Part shown: positions 39,047 to 48,320 of the stretch, in pieces
Layout: every line of letters starts with the position of its first letter
Numbering within the stretch: the first letter of the stretch is position 1
Assembly: GCA_963752285.1 (NCBI GenBank)
Contig: CAVVXN010000001.1
Location: 64,001-128,000 of the forward strand
DNA from: an uncultured Planctomycetota bacterium
GTDB lineage: Bacteria > Planctomycetota > PLA2 > JAEUHO01
DNA: 64,000 bases
Reading direction: 5' to 3'
The notes under the pieces: generated by a model
What the model saw: only the letters and a program-made list of their open reading frames with translations
Databases searched by the model: none
What the model was told of the DNA's origin: nothing
Position numbers and translations under genes: made by a program

Positions 39047-39900
39047 CTCTGGACGGTCGAGACGGAGGCCCGCACGCCGTGGGCGATCTCCCGGATGGAG
39101 AGTGCACACGCGTGGCGTAGGAGCCCGACGCGAAGCACCTCCCACGCGTCGATGCTCCGGCGCCCGGGCGCCACGCGCCAGAGCGGGGCCTCTTCCTCGG
39201 CGCGGTCCAGAGCGCGTTTCAAGGTCGCGGGAAGTACCAACACGCGCGCGGCGAGCACGCCGTCGGCACGGCGGGCTCTGTCCCCGAGCCAGCGTTGGAC
39301 GTGAGCGGGCTTCGCCAGCAGCAGCTCGTCGAGGTCGACTTCGTCTGGCGTCGGGGAGCGAAGCCAGGCTCGCACCAGACGAATCGGAACGGTTCGGCCA
39401 TTGCGAACCGCCGGATCGAGTCGTTGGCCGAAGTCGCGGGCGAGCCAGGGACGTCCTCTTCCGCGGGCGTAATCACGAGCACTCGAGAAGGGATAGGCTT
39501 CGGCGTCCGTGACGATGCCCGCTCGGACCGGGTTGTCGTGGATGTAGCCGATCACCGCACGACGATAGGCTTTCGTTAGGATGAGCTTCGCCCGGAACCT
39601 GCCACGAAAGAGCGGGCCGTCGCGATCGTGACGCAGGTTGAACCACCGGGCGTAGGCGTCTTCGATGCGCTGCAATGCGGCCGAGATGTCGCCGTGCGGG
39701 CTACGCACGAGCAGGTGGAAGTGATTGTCCATCAAGCAGTAAGCGTGGATCTCGAGTCGCTCTCGCCGGACCGAGCAGGCAAGTAGGGCCAGGAAACGCA
39801 GGAACTCGTGGCGGGACTCGAAGATCGCCCGCTGGGCGACCCCGCGGTTCGTGATGTGCCACCAGGCCCCCTCGAAGTCCCGTCGCAGGCGTCTCGGCAT
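38935..39900 (-). mobile_element. REP-associated tyrosine transposase (RAYT / Y1 HUH, IS200-like) with C-terminal HTH
   Basis: MPRRLR, WHITNRG, AYCLMDNHFHLL (HUH), YIHDNPVRAG (catalytic Tyr), YPFSS. Confidence 0.92.
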
Positions 39901-40075
39901 GATGTCTGCCTCCGAGGGGGGATCGCCCGACCTCCCGTCCTGGTCACAGGCGGGCGGTCGCGGATCACTCCCGGTGGGGGTCGCCGGCCGGAACCAGCCG
40001 CCGCGCGGGGCCGCACCGGTGGGGGTCAACCGATCCGGTCGGCCAAGTCGAGGTCGTCAGCCGCCGGCCCGGGGC

Positions 40076-40181
40076 CCGGGCGGTGCGGGCCTGAAGAGCG
40101 AAAATCTGGGTCGGGAGTGGATCGATCGGGCCGGGCGGTGCGGGCCTGAAAGTCGATAATCTGGGTCGGGAGTCGATCGAT
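40076..40181. repeat. Two ~55-bp tandem units carrying the inverted 22-nt motif
   Basis: CCGGGCGGTGCGGGCCTGAA..AATCTGGGTCGGGAGT.GATCGAT occurs twice. Confidence 0.88.
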
Positions 40182-42069
40182 GCGGATGCGGGTGGTTGTT
40201 GTCTTTCTGCTCGTTCTCGGGGCGTCCGGTGCGGCCGGTGCGCCCGACGGCTCGCCGGTGGGCGCGCGCCTGTCGGTGTTCGGCGAGGGCGGCGGTCCGG
40301 CGGTCGAGGGCGACGTCTTCCACCTGCTCGACGCGGCGAAGTCCCCGCGGCAGTCGAACGCGCTGGCCTTCGACCGCGCCGACGAGGGCGCGCGGGACCG
40401 CGTGACCCTCCGGTGCCGGATGCGCGTCCTCGCGGGGGGTGACGGCGGCTCGTACCTCTTCCTGAACACGGCGGAATACGGCGTCCGCGGCCCCGCGCCG
40501 TTCCTGCCGAGCGTCGTGGAGCCGAACCTCCGCCGCTCGTTCGCGGTGGGTATCGACGTCCACGACCCGCCGAGCCAGGAGGTGTTCACCCCGTGGGGCA
40601 ACTACCAGGACCTCCCGCAACGCGAGGTCTCGCTCCACTGGGACGGGCGCGAGATCGTGAAGCGCGTCTCGCCCGAAGAGTTCCGCGGCGACGACGCGGA
40701 GGTGGAGATCACGCTCCGGATGGTCGTCGGCGGGGCCGAGGCGACGGTGCGAATCGGCGAGGGCACCGTCTACGACGCCTACTTCGTGCCCGGCGTCACG
40801 CCCTACGAGACACGCCTCGCGATCGCGGCCGGCACGCGTTCCGACGCCACGACGACCTTCGACGTCTCCGACGTGGCGTTCACCGTCGGGGCGCCGGCGC
40901 GGCCGACACGCCGGCCGCACCACGTCGCGGTCTTCAACCACGTCCTCACGGACAACCGGAAGACCGCGTTCGACGAGGAGGTCACGCTCCCCCCCGCGGA
41001 GTTCGCGTTCGGCCGCGTGCTCATGACGATCGACATCCACGACGCCGGACCCGACTGGGACGAGTGGGACCGGAACGGCGAGGTCTCGGTCTGGACGAAG
41101 GACGGCGAGAAGCTCCCGATCGTCTCCTTCATCACGTCGTACCGAACGCCGTGCCACTGGGTGGTGGACGTCACACACCTCCGCCCGCTCCTCTCCGGCA
41201 CGACCCGACTCGAGATCGCGGCGGGGACGACCTTCTACAAGAACCGCGGCTTCATGATGAGCCTGGCGCTCGATTTCTGTCCCGGCACCGCGGACCCCGA
41301 GCCCTGGCGCGTGGTCCCGGTGTGGGTCGGGACCGCGCACCATGGACCGCCGGACAACCACTTCCAGGACTTCTTCGTCCCGCGGACCGTCGCGATCCCC
41401 GCGGAGGCGACGGCGGCCCGGCTCGTCGTGACGACGACGGGCCACGCCCAGGTCGGCGAGTTCACGCCCTCGCGCCGCACGATCGTCTTCACCCCCGACG
41501 TCGCCGCCTCCCCATCGGTCGAGCGCCGCTTCGAGAGCGCCCTCTGGAAGACCGACTGCTACCTGAACCCGAACCGCCCCCAGTTCGGGACCTGGCAGTT
41601 CTCGCGCGCCGGGTGGGCCCCGGGCGACGTCGTCCGGCCGTGGTGGATCGACCTGGCGCCCGACCTCCAGCCGGGCAAGGAGGCCGGGCTCCGATACGAG
41701 ACCCAGGCGTACGACTTCTCGGGGCAGGACGAGAAGCCGACGGAGAAGCAGGTCGCCGAGGCCTCACAGGTGGTCCGCGCGTACCTGATCCTGTACCGCG
41801 CCCCCTCCGCGCAGGTCACCCCCCCCACCCTCCTCGTCGCCGACGTGGCCAGGGGCAGCCACGCCGAGGGCGCCGGCGTACAGGCGGGGGACTACCTCTC
41901 GTCGTACGACGGGAAGCCCGTGGACTCGCTCGACGACCTCCGCGCTGCGCTGAAGGCCGCGGAGGCCGCGGGAGAGAAGGAGGTCCGGATCGTGCTCTAC
42001 CGCGGCGCCGAGCGGGTGGAGCTGACCCTGCCACCGGGCCGCATGGGCGTCAGCCTCACGGGGGAATGA
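40180..42069 (+). CDS. Exported PNGase F-like protein with N-terminal lectin-like and C-terminal PDZ domains
   Basis: DEWDR, FITSY, WVVDVT, TTTGH, GTWQFSRAGW.PG; PDZ-like GSHAEGAGVQAGD. Confidence 0.75.
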   Translation: MRMRVVVVFLLVLGASGAAGAPDGSPVGARLSVFGEGGGPAVEGDVFHLLDAAKSPRQSNALAFDRADEGARDRVTLRCRMRVLAGGDGGSYLFLNTAEYGVRGPAPFLPSVVEPNLRRSFAVGIDVHDPPSQEVFTPWGNYQDLPQREVSLHWDGREIVKRVSPEEFRGDDAEVEITLRMVVGGAEATVRIGEGTVYDAYFVPGVTPYETRLAIAAGTRSDATTTFDVSDVAFTVGAPARPTRRPHHVAVFNHVLTDNRKTAFDEEVTLPPAEFAFGRVLMTIDIHDAGPDWDEWDRNGEVSVWTKDGEKLPIVSFITSYRTPCHWVVDVTHLRPLLSGTTRLEIAAGTTFYKNRGFMMSLALDFCPGTADPEPWRVVPVWVGTAHHGPPDNHFQDFFVPRTVAIPAEATAARLVVTTTGHAQVGEFTPSRRTIVFTPDVAASPSVERRFESALWKTDCYLNPNRPQFGTWQFSRAGWAPGDVVRPWWIDLAPDLQPGKEAGLRYETQAYDFSGQDEKPTEKQVAEASQVVRAYLILYRAPSAQVTPPTLLVADVARGSHAEGAGVQAGDYLSSYDGKPVDSLDDLRAALKAAEAAGEKEVRIVLYRGAERVELTLPPGRMGVSLTGE

Positions 42070-42133
42070 CCTCTCCCCGCGTGGCGTTCCGCCTCTCGCT
42101 TTGGACGTACACTCCTTTGCCGAGGAGGCACCC

Positions 42134-42583
42134 ATGTCGAAGCTGCCGCGCCCCAAGGGGCACCACACGATCACGCCGGGGTTCGCCGTCGAGCACGCCT
42201 CCGACGTGCTCTCGTTTCTCCAGAAGGCATTCGGGGCGAAGGTCGTCGATCGCTACGACGGGCCGGGCGGCGCGATCATGCACTGCGAGGTCATGCTCGG
42301 CGACTCCTCCGTGATGTTCGGCCAGGCGATGCCGGGCTACGACCCGATGCCCGCCTCGCTCTCGTACTACGTCGACGACGCGAAGGCCGTCGATGACACG
42401 TACGCGCGGGCGATCGCCGCCGGCGCCCAGTCGGTCATGGCCCCGAAGAACCAGTTCTACGGCTACCGCTCCGCGACCGTGAAGGACATGGGCGGGAACA
42501 AGTGGACGATCTGCGCCGTGATCGAGCAGCTCACGAAAGAGCAGATCGAAGAACGCATGGCCGCCATGCCGAAGGGCGACTGA
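42134..42583 (+). CDS. VOC/glyoxalase-family protein (PhnB-like)
   Basis: HTITP, F.QKAFGA, IMHCEV, QFYGYR...VKD.GGNKW; GAGGAGG RBS. Confidence 0.9.
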   Translation: MSKLPRPKGHHTITPGFAVEHASDVLSFLQKAFGAKVVDRYDGPGGAIMHCEVMLGDSSVMFGQAMPGYDPMPASLSYYVDDAKAVDDTYARAIAAGAQSVMAPKNQFYGYRSATVKDMGGNKWTICAVIEQLTKEQIEERMAAMPKGD

Positions 42584-42609
42584 CGCGCGGCCGAGCGTGG
42601 CGTGCCGGC

Positions 42610-43559
42610 GTGACCCTCGCACCCCTCCCGCCCGCGGTCCCCGTCTTCGGACGGCGGCGCGCGGGCTGCTCGTACCGGTCCCGGCCCTCCGCGTACGCCC
42701 TGCTGCGGGACCGTGAGGGGCGCATCGCCGTGGTGGTCACGCCGCGGGGCGTCCACCTCCCCGGTGGAGGATACGAGGGCGGGGAGCGCGCCGAGACGGC
42801 GGTGGTTCGGGAGGTGAGGGAGGAGGCGGCCTCTTCGTCGAGGTCGTCCGGCCGCTCGGCCGGGCCGTCGAGCACCTCGAGGCCGAGCGCGAGGGACGGT
42901 TCTCGGTGGACGCCCGCTACTTCGAGGTCCACCGCGTCGCGGCCCGCGCCGACGCTCCGACCGAGCCGGACCACGCGACCTCGTGGCTCCCCGCGGGCGT
43001 GGCCATGCGTCGCGTGCTGCGGCGGAGCCACGCCTGGGCGATCGCTCGGTTCGCGATGTCGCCCGTCGCGGCGATCGGAAGAGACGCGCGTCCCCCGACG
43101 CACGTGCGTGCCTTCACACACGACGACGCGCCCGCGTGCGAGGCGGTCCTCCGCGCGCTTCCGGAGTGGTTCGGGATCGAAGAGGCGCTCCGCGGGTACG
43201 TAGAGGCCCTCGATCGCCCGCCGGCCCGGGTCGCGGAACGAGACGGTTCGATCGTCGGCTTCGTCCAGTGGACGCGCGCGCGGGAGGAGGACGCCGAGAT
43301 CCACGTCCTCGCGGTCCGGCCCGAATGCCGCGGCTCGGGGGTCGGTCACGCGCTGCTCGTGGCGGCGGAGGCGGCGCTCTCGGCCGAAGGCGTGCGGACG
43401 CTTCGCGTGAAGACGCTCGGCCCCTCCCGCCCGGATGCCCACTACGCCCGCACACGCAGCAGCTACGAGCGCTGGGGCTTCTTCGCGACGGGCGAGTCGC
43501 GCAGGGAGTGGGGGCCGGAGAATCCCTGCCTCACGATGGAGAAGTCGCTCGAGCGCTGA
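42610..43559 (+). pseudogene. NUDIX hydrolase-GNAT acetyltransferase fusion with a 1-nt frameshift near 42828
   Basis: Nudix box [21 protein letters not shown](G)L is completed by adding one G; the next frame carries GNAT RGSGVG and VKTLG. Confidence 0.7.
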
Positions 43560-43663
43560 CGGCGATCGGACCCCTCGTCGCCGTACTTCGACATCGACGG
43601 CCGGCGTCGCCGGTATCCTCGGTGTCCTACCCCCTCGGGCCCGGACGGCCCACGGCGAGCCCC

Positions 43664-44389
43664 ATGGGACGGATCTTCGAGAAACGCAAGACGACGATGT
43701 TCGCCCGGTGGGACCGGGTGTCGAAGCAGTTCTCCCGCATCGCGAAGGAGATCGCCATCGCCGTCAAGTCGGGCAGCGCCGACCCCGTCGCGAACCCGTC
43801 CCTCCGGCGCGCGATCCAGAACGCGCGCGCCGCGAACATGCCGAAGGACAAGATCGAGAACGCGATCCGCCGCGCGTCGGGCCACGACGGGGTCGCGTAC
43901 GAGGAGATCCTGTACGAGGGCTACGGCCCCCACGGCATCGCGATCCTCGTGGAGGCCGCCACCGACAACCCGACCCGCACCGTCGCGATCGTGCGCAGCG
44001 CGTTCAAGGCCCACGGCGGAAACCTCGGCGCGACGGGCAGCGTCGGGTTCCAGTTCCAGCGGATGGGCGTCTTCCGTGTCGATGCCCACGCCGTCGAGGA
44101 CGCCGACGCACTCGAGCTCGACATGATCGACCACGGGCTGGAGGAGATGCGCGAGGGCGAGGGAGAGAAGGGCGAGCCCCAGCTGATCCTCCGTTGCGGC
44201 TTCGGCGACCTGGGGAACCTGCAGAAGGCGCTCGAGGAGCGCGGCATCCACCCGGTGTCGGCGGGCTCCGAGTACCTCTGCCGGAACCTCATCGAGCTGC
44301 CCGGGGACCAGGCGAACGAGGTCCTCGCGCTGGCGGACGCGCTCGAGCAGGACGACGACGTCCAGCACGTCTTCACCGCGCTCGCCTGA
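43664..44389 (+). CDS. YebC/PmpR-family protein
   Basis: [34 protein letters not shown]. Confidence 0.95.
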   Translation: MGRIFEKRKTTMFARWDRVSKQFSRIAKEIAIAVKSGSADPVANPSLRRAIQNARAANMPKDKIENAIRRASGHDGVAYEEILYEGYGPHGIAILVEAATDNPTRTVAIVRSAFKAHGGNLGATGSVGFQFQRMGVFRVDAHAVEDADALELDMIDHGLEEMREGEGEKGEPQLILRCGFGDLGNLQKALEERGIHPVSAGSEYLCRNLIELPGDQANEVLALADALEQDDDVQHVFTALA

Positions 44390-44428
44390 CCGCGAGGGGA
44401 ACGCGACGCGCGTGCGCGGTCCCCGCGA

Positions 44429-46204
44429 CTAGTCGAGCACCTCCCCGTCCGCGTCGGGGAGGTGTCCCCGGTCCGAGCTCATCGGCGACGACTCCGCAGC
44501 ATCGAGCAGGACGTCCACGACGAACGGGCCCTTGGCCGCCAGCGCCCGCTCGAGCGAAGGGGCGAGATCCGTCTCCGACGTGACCGTCGCACCATCCGCG
44601 CCCAGGCTCCGCGCGAACGCGACGAAGTCCGCTCGCGGGATCTCCGTCTCCCCGGGCGCGGAAACGTCCGCGCGGACGCTCGTCGCGGAGGCACGCCGAC
44701 GGGCCTCGTTCAGCACGATCCACACGGCACGCGCCCCCGCGCCGAGGGCCGTCCGGATCTCCTGCCCCTCGAGCATCGAGCGCTCGTCCACCACCGCGAC
44801 GGCCGGGCCACCCCGGCCGAGGGCCGCGCCGACCACGCCACACGCCATGCGTCCTCGCGAGCCGGCTGTCGCGCCCGCGCGGTAGCGCCGCGGTCGATCG
44901 AAGCGGAGGTGATGGTTCGCCCACGCGAACGCGGGACCCGACTCGGACAGCACGACCGCGTCACTGCGCTCGACCACGACGTGCTGCACCGCATCCATCA
45001 ACGCCTGCGGTCGGACCGCGCCCTCCTCGCGGAGATCGACGGCGAGAGGATGGACCGGGAGGGAGGACCGCGGCGAAGGCCCGGCCTCGCGAAGACACGG
45101 CAGGAGCTCCCGCAGGAAGGCGCTCACGTCCGCCTGGATCCCGAACGTGGGTACGTGCGGGTAGGCGGCGCCGAACACCGCCGGGTCGAGGTCCACGTGC
45201 ACGACGCCGCCGGGCGGGACGCGCCGGCGATCCCACTGCGACGTGAGCTCGCCGAGCCGCGTACCGAGAACGAGCAGGCGTCCGGGCCGCTCCCGTTCCA
45301 GGAACGAGAGGGCCGACGCATGCCCGCCGACTCCCGTGACCCCCACGAAGAGCGGGTGGGACTCGGGGAACACGCCCTTTCCGCGCGGCGAGCACATCAC
45401 GCCGGCTCCGGTCCGCTCGGCCACGGACCGCACGAGTGGCGACGCGTCGCGCGCGCCGGCCCCGACCCAGATCGCGAACCCCGCCCTCTGCAGGAGCAGA
45501 GCGGCGCGACGCGCGTCCGCGTGGGCCACCGAGGGAACCGCGACGTCGATCGGCGCGTCGAGCGAGAGGGCCACGCGATGCGCGTCCACGGAACGCGCCT
45601 GGCTCGACGTCGGGACGGAGACGTGGGCGACGAAGCGATGCCGCCCGGCCAGGCCGACGAGCAGGCGTCGAACGACCTCGGGCAGGTCGTCGCCTCCCAA
45701 CACCGGCACGGCGAGGTCGAAGAGGTGCGTGTCGTGAAGCGCCCCCTGGACCGCGGCGTACGGGCTCGTCTCCCCGGCGGCGCCGCGTCCCCACTTCGAG
45801 ACGCCCGTCGAGGACGAGAGCAGGACGAGCTTCGCGCGGTCCGCGCGGGCCGCGGCCACCCCGGGCAGGGCCTCGAGGACACCGTGGTCCGCGGCGACCA
45901 CGACCGCCGCGGGCCTGCCCGTCGCGTGGTGGTGCTCGAGCGCGGCGAACACCGCGCCGCCGGCGTCGCGCAGCGGCACGAAGTCGATCGCCGAGCGCGC
46001 GACCGCTTCGTAGAGCGGGCCGCGCGTCCCGTCCCGGGCCCCGAACACGCGCCCGACCCCTGCGCGGCGCAGCCCCTCGACCAGCGCCGCCGCGACCGTG
46101 ACGGTCCGCGCCGGTGCCCCCCGAGACGGCTCGGCTCGACCCGTCTCCCGTTCCCGGCCTGGCCGCGCTCGCGTATCGAGGGAGTCCGTACGGGTCACCG
46201 ACAT
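44429..46204 (-). CDS. ThDP-binding acetolactate-synthase-like protein with degenerate motifs
   Basis: KGVFPESHPLFVGVTG, LVLGTRLGE, HVDLDP, GPFVVDV; lacks the GDG motif and conserved Glu. Confidence 0.8.
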   Translation of the reverse strand: MSVTRTDSLDTRARPGRERETGRAEPSRGAPARTVTVAAALVEGLRRAGVGRVFGARDGTRGPLYEAVARSAIDFVPLRDAGGAVFAALEHHHATGRPAAVVVAADHGVLEALPGVAAARADRAKLVLLSSSTGVSKWGRGAAGETSPYAAVQGALHDTHLFDLAVPVLGGDDLPEVVRRLLVGLAGRHRFVAHVSVPTSSQARSVDAHRVALSLDAPIDVAVPSVAHADARRAALLLQRAGFAIWVGAGARDASPLVRSVAERTGAGVMCSPRGKGVFPESHPLFVGVTGVGGHASALSFLERERPGRLLVLGTRLGELTSQWDRRRVPPGGVVHVDLDPAVFGAAYPHVPTFGIQADVSAFLRELLPCLREAGPSPRSSLPVHPLAVDLREEGAVRPQALMDAVQHVVVERSDAVVLSESGPAFAWANHHLRFDRPRRYRAGATAGSRGRMACGVVGAALGRGGPAVAVVDERSMLEGQEIRTALGAGARAVWIVLNEARRRASATSVRADVSAPGETEIPRADFVAFARSLGADGATVTSETDLAPSLERALAAKGPFVVDVLLDAAESSPMSSDRGHLPDADGEVLD

Positions 46205-46374
46205 GGCCGTCGCTCCTTTGGAGAAGGACCTGGACCTGCGTCAGGGGGTGGCCGCGGCGCGCGCGGAGTTACCTCGGGGCGACCCGGACGCGCCGTCGGC
46301 CCCGTACAATCGGGCCCGGCCGGCGTCGGGGGCGGCCCGGGGTCGGGCGGGTGGAGGCCGGTGGAGATCGGACC

Positions 46375-47301
46375 ATGGGGCCCCTCGGAGCCTCGGGGCG
46401 CGACGACGACGCCCGACGCGAGACCTTCGCGGCGGGACTTCGCGAGGCGATGTCCCTCTGGGGCCCGTTCGAGCTCCCCCCCGAGCGATTCGAGGAGGAG
46501 GCCACGACGCGGATCCGACGGCGCCTAGAGCGGTCGGGAGCCGACGCGACGTCCGAGGCGGTCCGAGGCGCGCTCGCGCGGACGTCCCTCCCCGACCTCG
46601 CGCTCGCCGTGGCCTGCTCCGACGGCGCTTCCGGATCGTGGGACACCCTGGTCGGCCGGCTCACGCCTCGACTCGTCGGGCTCGCCCAGGCGCGCGGAGC
46701 GTCGGGCGCCGAGGCGCGGGTCCTCGCGGCCGACGTGCTCTCCGAGATGTCGATCCCCGCCAGCGGCGGCCGGGTTCGGAGGCTCATCGACACGTACGAG
46801 GGCGCCGGAAGCCTGTTCGGCTGGGCGGCGGTGATCCTCGTGCGCCGGCTCCACCGAGCGCGGCACCGCGACGCCGCACGGGCCGGCCACGCGACCGCCG
46901 AGGCGACCGGACGAGAGTCTCGAGCTTCCCATGGCGCCGACCCGGCGGCGGTGGCCGCGGGGGCCGAAGCGGTCGCGAGTTTTCGCCGCGCGCTCCAGGC
47001 CGCGTGGACCGCCCTCTCGGGGCGCGAGCGGCTCGCCCTCTCGTGGCGCTACCTCGACGGGATCCCGCAGACCCGGATCGCGACGCTGCTCCGGGTGAGC
47101 GAGCCGCACACGAGCCGCATCGTGACGGGCGCCGTGGCGCGCCTGCGAACCGGCCTCGAGCGGGCGCTCGGCCACGAGGCGAACGGGCCGGAGGGCGCAT
47201 GGCCCGCGCTCGTCGAGGTTCTTCGCGCCCAGATGGTATCCGCGAGGCCCGTGCCGCCACTCCCTACGGGGGAGGCTCCCCCCGCACGAGGTCCCCGATG
47301 A
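46375..47301 (+). CDS. Sigma-70/ECF-like factor with N-terminal extension
   Basis: DLALAVAC, YEGAGSLFGW, region 4 LSGRER..Y.DG..Q..IA.LLRVS. Confidence 0.82.
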   Translation: MGPLGASGRDDDARRETFAAGLREAMSLWGPFELPPERFEEEATTRIRRRLERSGADATSEAVRGALARTSLPDLALAVACSDGASGSWDTLVGRLTPRLVGLAQARGASGAEARVLAADVLSEMSIPASGGRVRRLIDTYEGAGSLFGWAAVILVRRLHRARHRDAARAGHATAEATGRESRASHGADPAAVAAGAEAVASFRRALQAAWTALSGRERLALSWRYLDGIPQTRIATLLRVSEPHTSRIVTGAVARLRTGLERALGHEANGPEGAWPALVEVLRAQMVSARPVPPLPTGEAPPARGPR

Positions 47302-48320
47302 CGATCGACGCCGATTCCCGTGACGCGTTCCTGGTGGATCAGGCCACGAGGGCCGACGCCGGTCCCTGCCCCGACGCGAGCGTGGTCGCCGGCCTCGTCG
47401 AGGGGGCGCTGCTCGACGACGAGGGGGAGCGCGTCGCCGCGCACGCGGCCCTGTGCCCGGCATGTCGGGAGGCGATCGTGGTCCTGGCCGAGGCCGGCGA
47501 GGGCGACGTGCGGTCCCGTGCGCCCAGGCCCGCGCCCGCCCCGCGCGCGCGGCCCCGCCCGCGGCGGCTCCCACCCCGCCGGCTCGTCGCGATCGCCGCC
47601 CTCGTCCTCGTCGGGGTCGGCGCCCTCGCGCTCCTCGCCCACGCCCCCACCGAGAGCGACGCGCACGCCGGCACCGACGCCCGCCTCCTCGCCGCCGCGC
47701 GGGACCTCGCGTCGGCCGACCCGGGCCTCTTCGCGCGCTTCACGCCCCTCACGCACGACGAGCGGACCGCGGCCCGCGGCGTCCGCGAGCGCGGCGGGCT
47801 CGTGCTCCTCGGGCCGCGGGAGGTCGTGCTCTCGGACCGCCCCGCGTTTCGCTGGGAGACGGTCCCGGGATCGACGCGCTACGAGGTGACGGTCCTGGGG
47901 GCCGACGACCGGCCGATCTGGACCCGGGCCGCGACCGGCACGAGCCTCCCCTATCCCGACGACGAGCCCGCCTTGGAGGCGGGCACGCGCCACGCGTGGG
48001 CGCTCTCGACACAGGGCGTCCTCGGCGGGCGTACCGAGTCGCGCGCCACGTTCACCGTCGCCTCGCCCGACCAGGCTGACGCCTTCGCGCGCGCCCGGCG
48101 CGCGATCACGGACCGCGCGCCCGCCGATCTGGCCGCGCTCCTCTGTGCGCACTGGGCGCTCCGGCACGGTCTCCTCGACGAGGCCGAGCAGCTCGCGAAC
48201 GCGGCGCTGGCCGACGATCCCGACGACGACGCGCGCGTGGAGACGCTCCGCGCGGTCCTGCGCCGGCGCGGCGCGAGCACCACGGGCGCGGCCCGGGGGT
48301 CCGGGGCGGGAACGCGATGA
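47298..48320 (+). CDS. Zn-binding anti-sigma (zf-HC2) with TM and extracytoplasmic DUF928-like domain
   Basis: HAALCPAC, TM helix, RPAFRW...YEV; ATGA coupling on both sides. Confidence 0.75.
   Translation: MTIDADSRDAFLVDQATRADAGPCPDASVVAGLVEGALLDDEGERVAAHAALCPACREAIVVLAEAGEGDVRSRAPRPAPAPRARPRPRRLPPRRLVAIAALVLVGVGALALLAHAPTESDAHAGTDARLLAAARDLASADPGLFARFTPLTHDERTAARGVRERGGLVLLGPREVVLSDRPAFRWETVPGSTRYEVTVLGADDRPIWTRAATGTSLPYPDDEPALEAGTRHAWALSTQGVLGGRTESRATFTVASPDQADAFARARRAITDRAPADLAALLCAHWALRHGLLDEAEQLANAALADDPDDDARVETLRAVLRRRGASTTGAARGSGAGTR

Noticed and set aside
33521..40181. Recurrent 22-nt motif as a CRISPR array
   Set aside because: Spacing is irregular (55 bp to 4 kb), orientations are mixed, sequences between adjacent copies are near-identical rather than unique spacers, and no cas genes are present.
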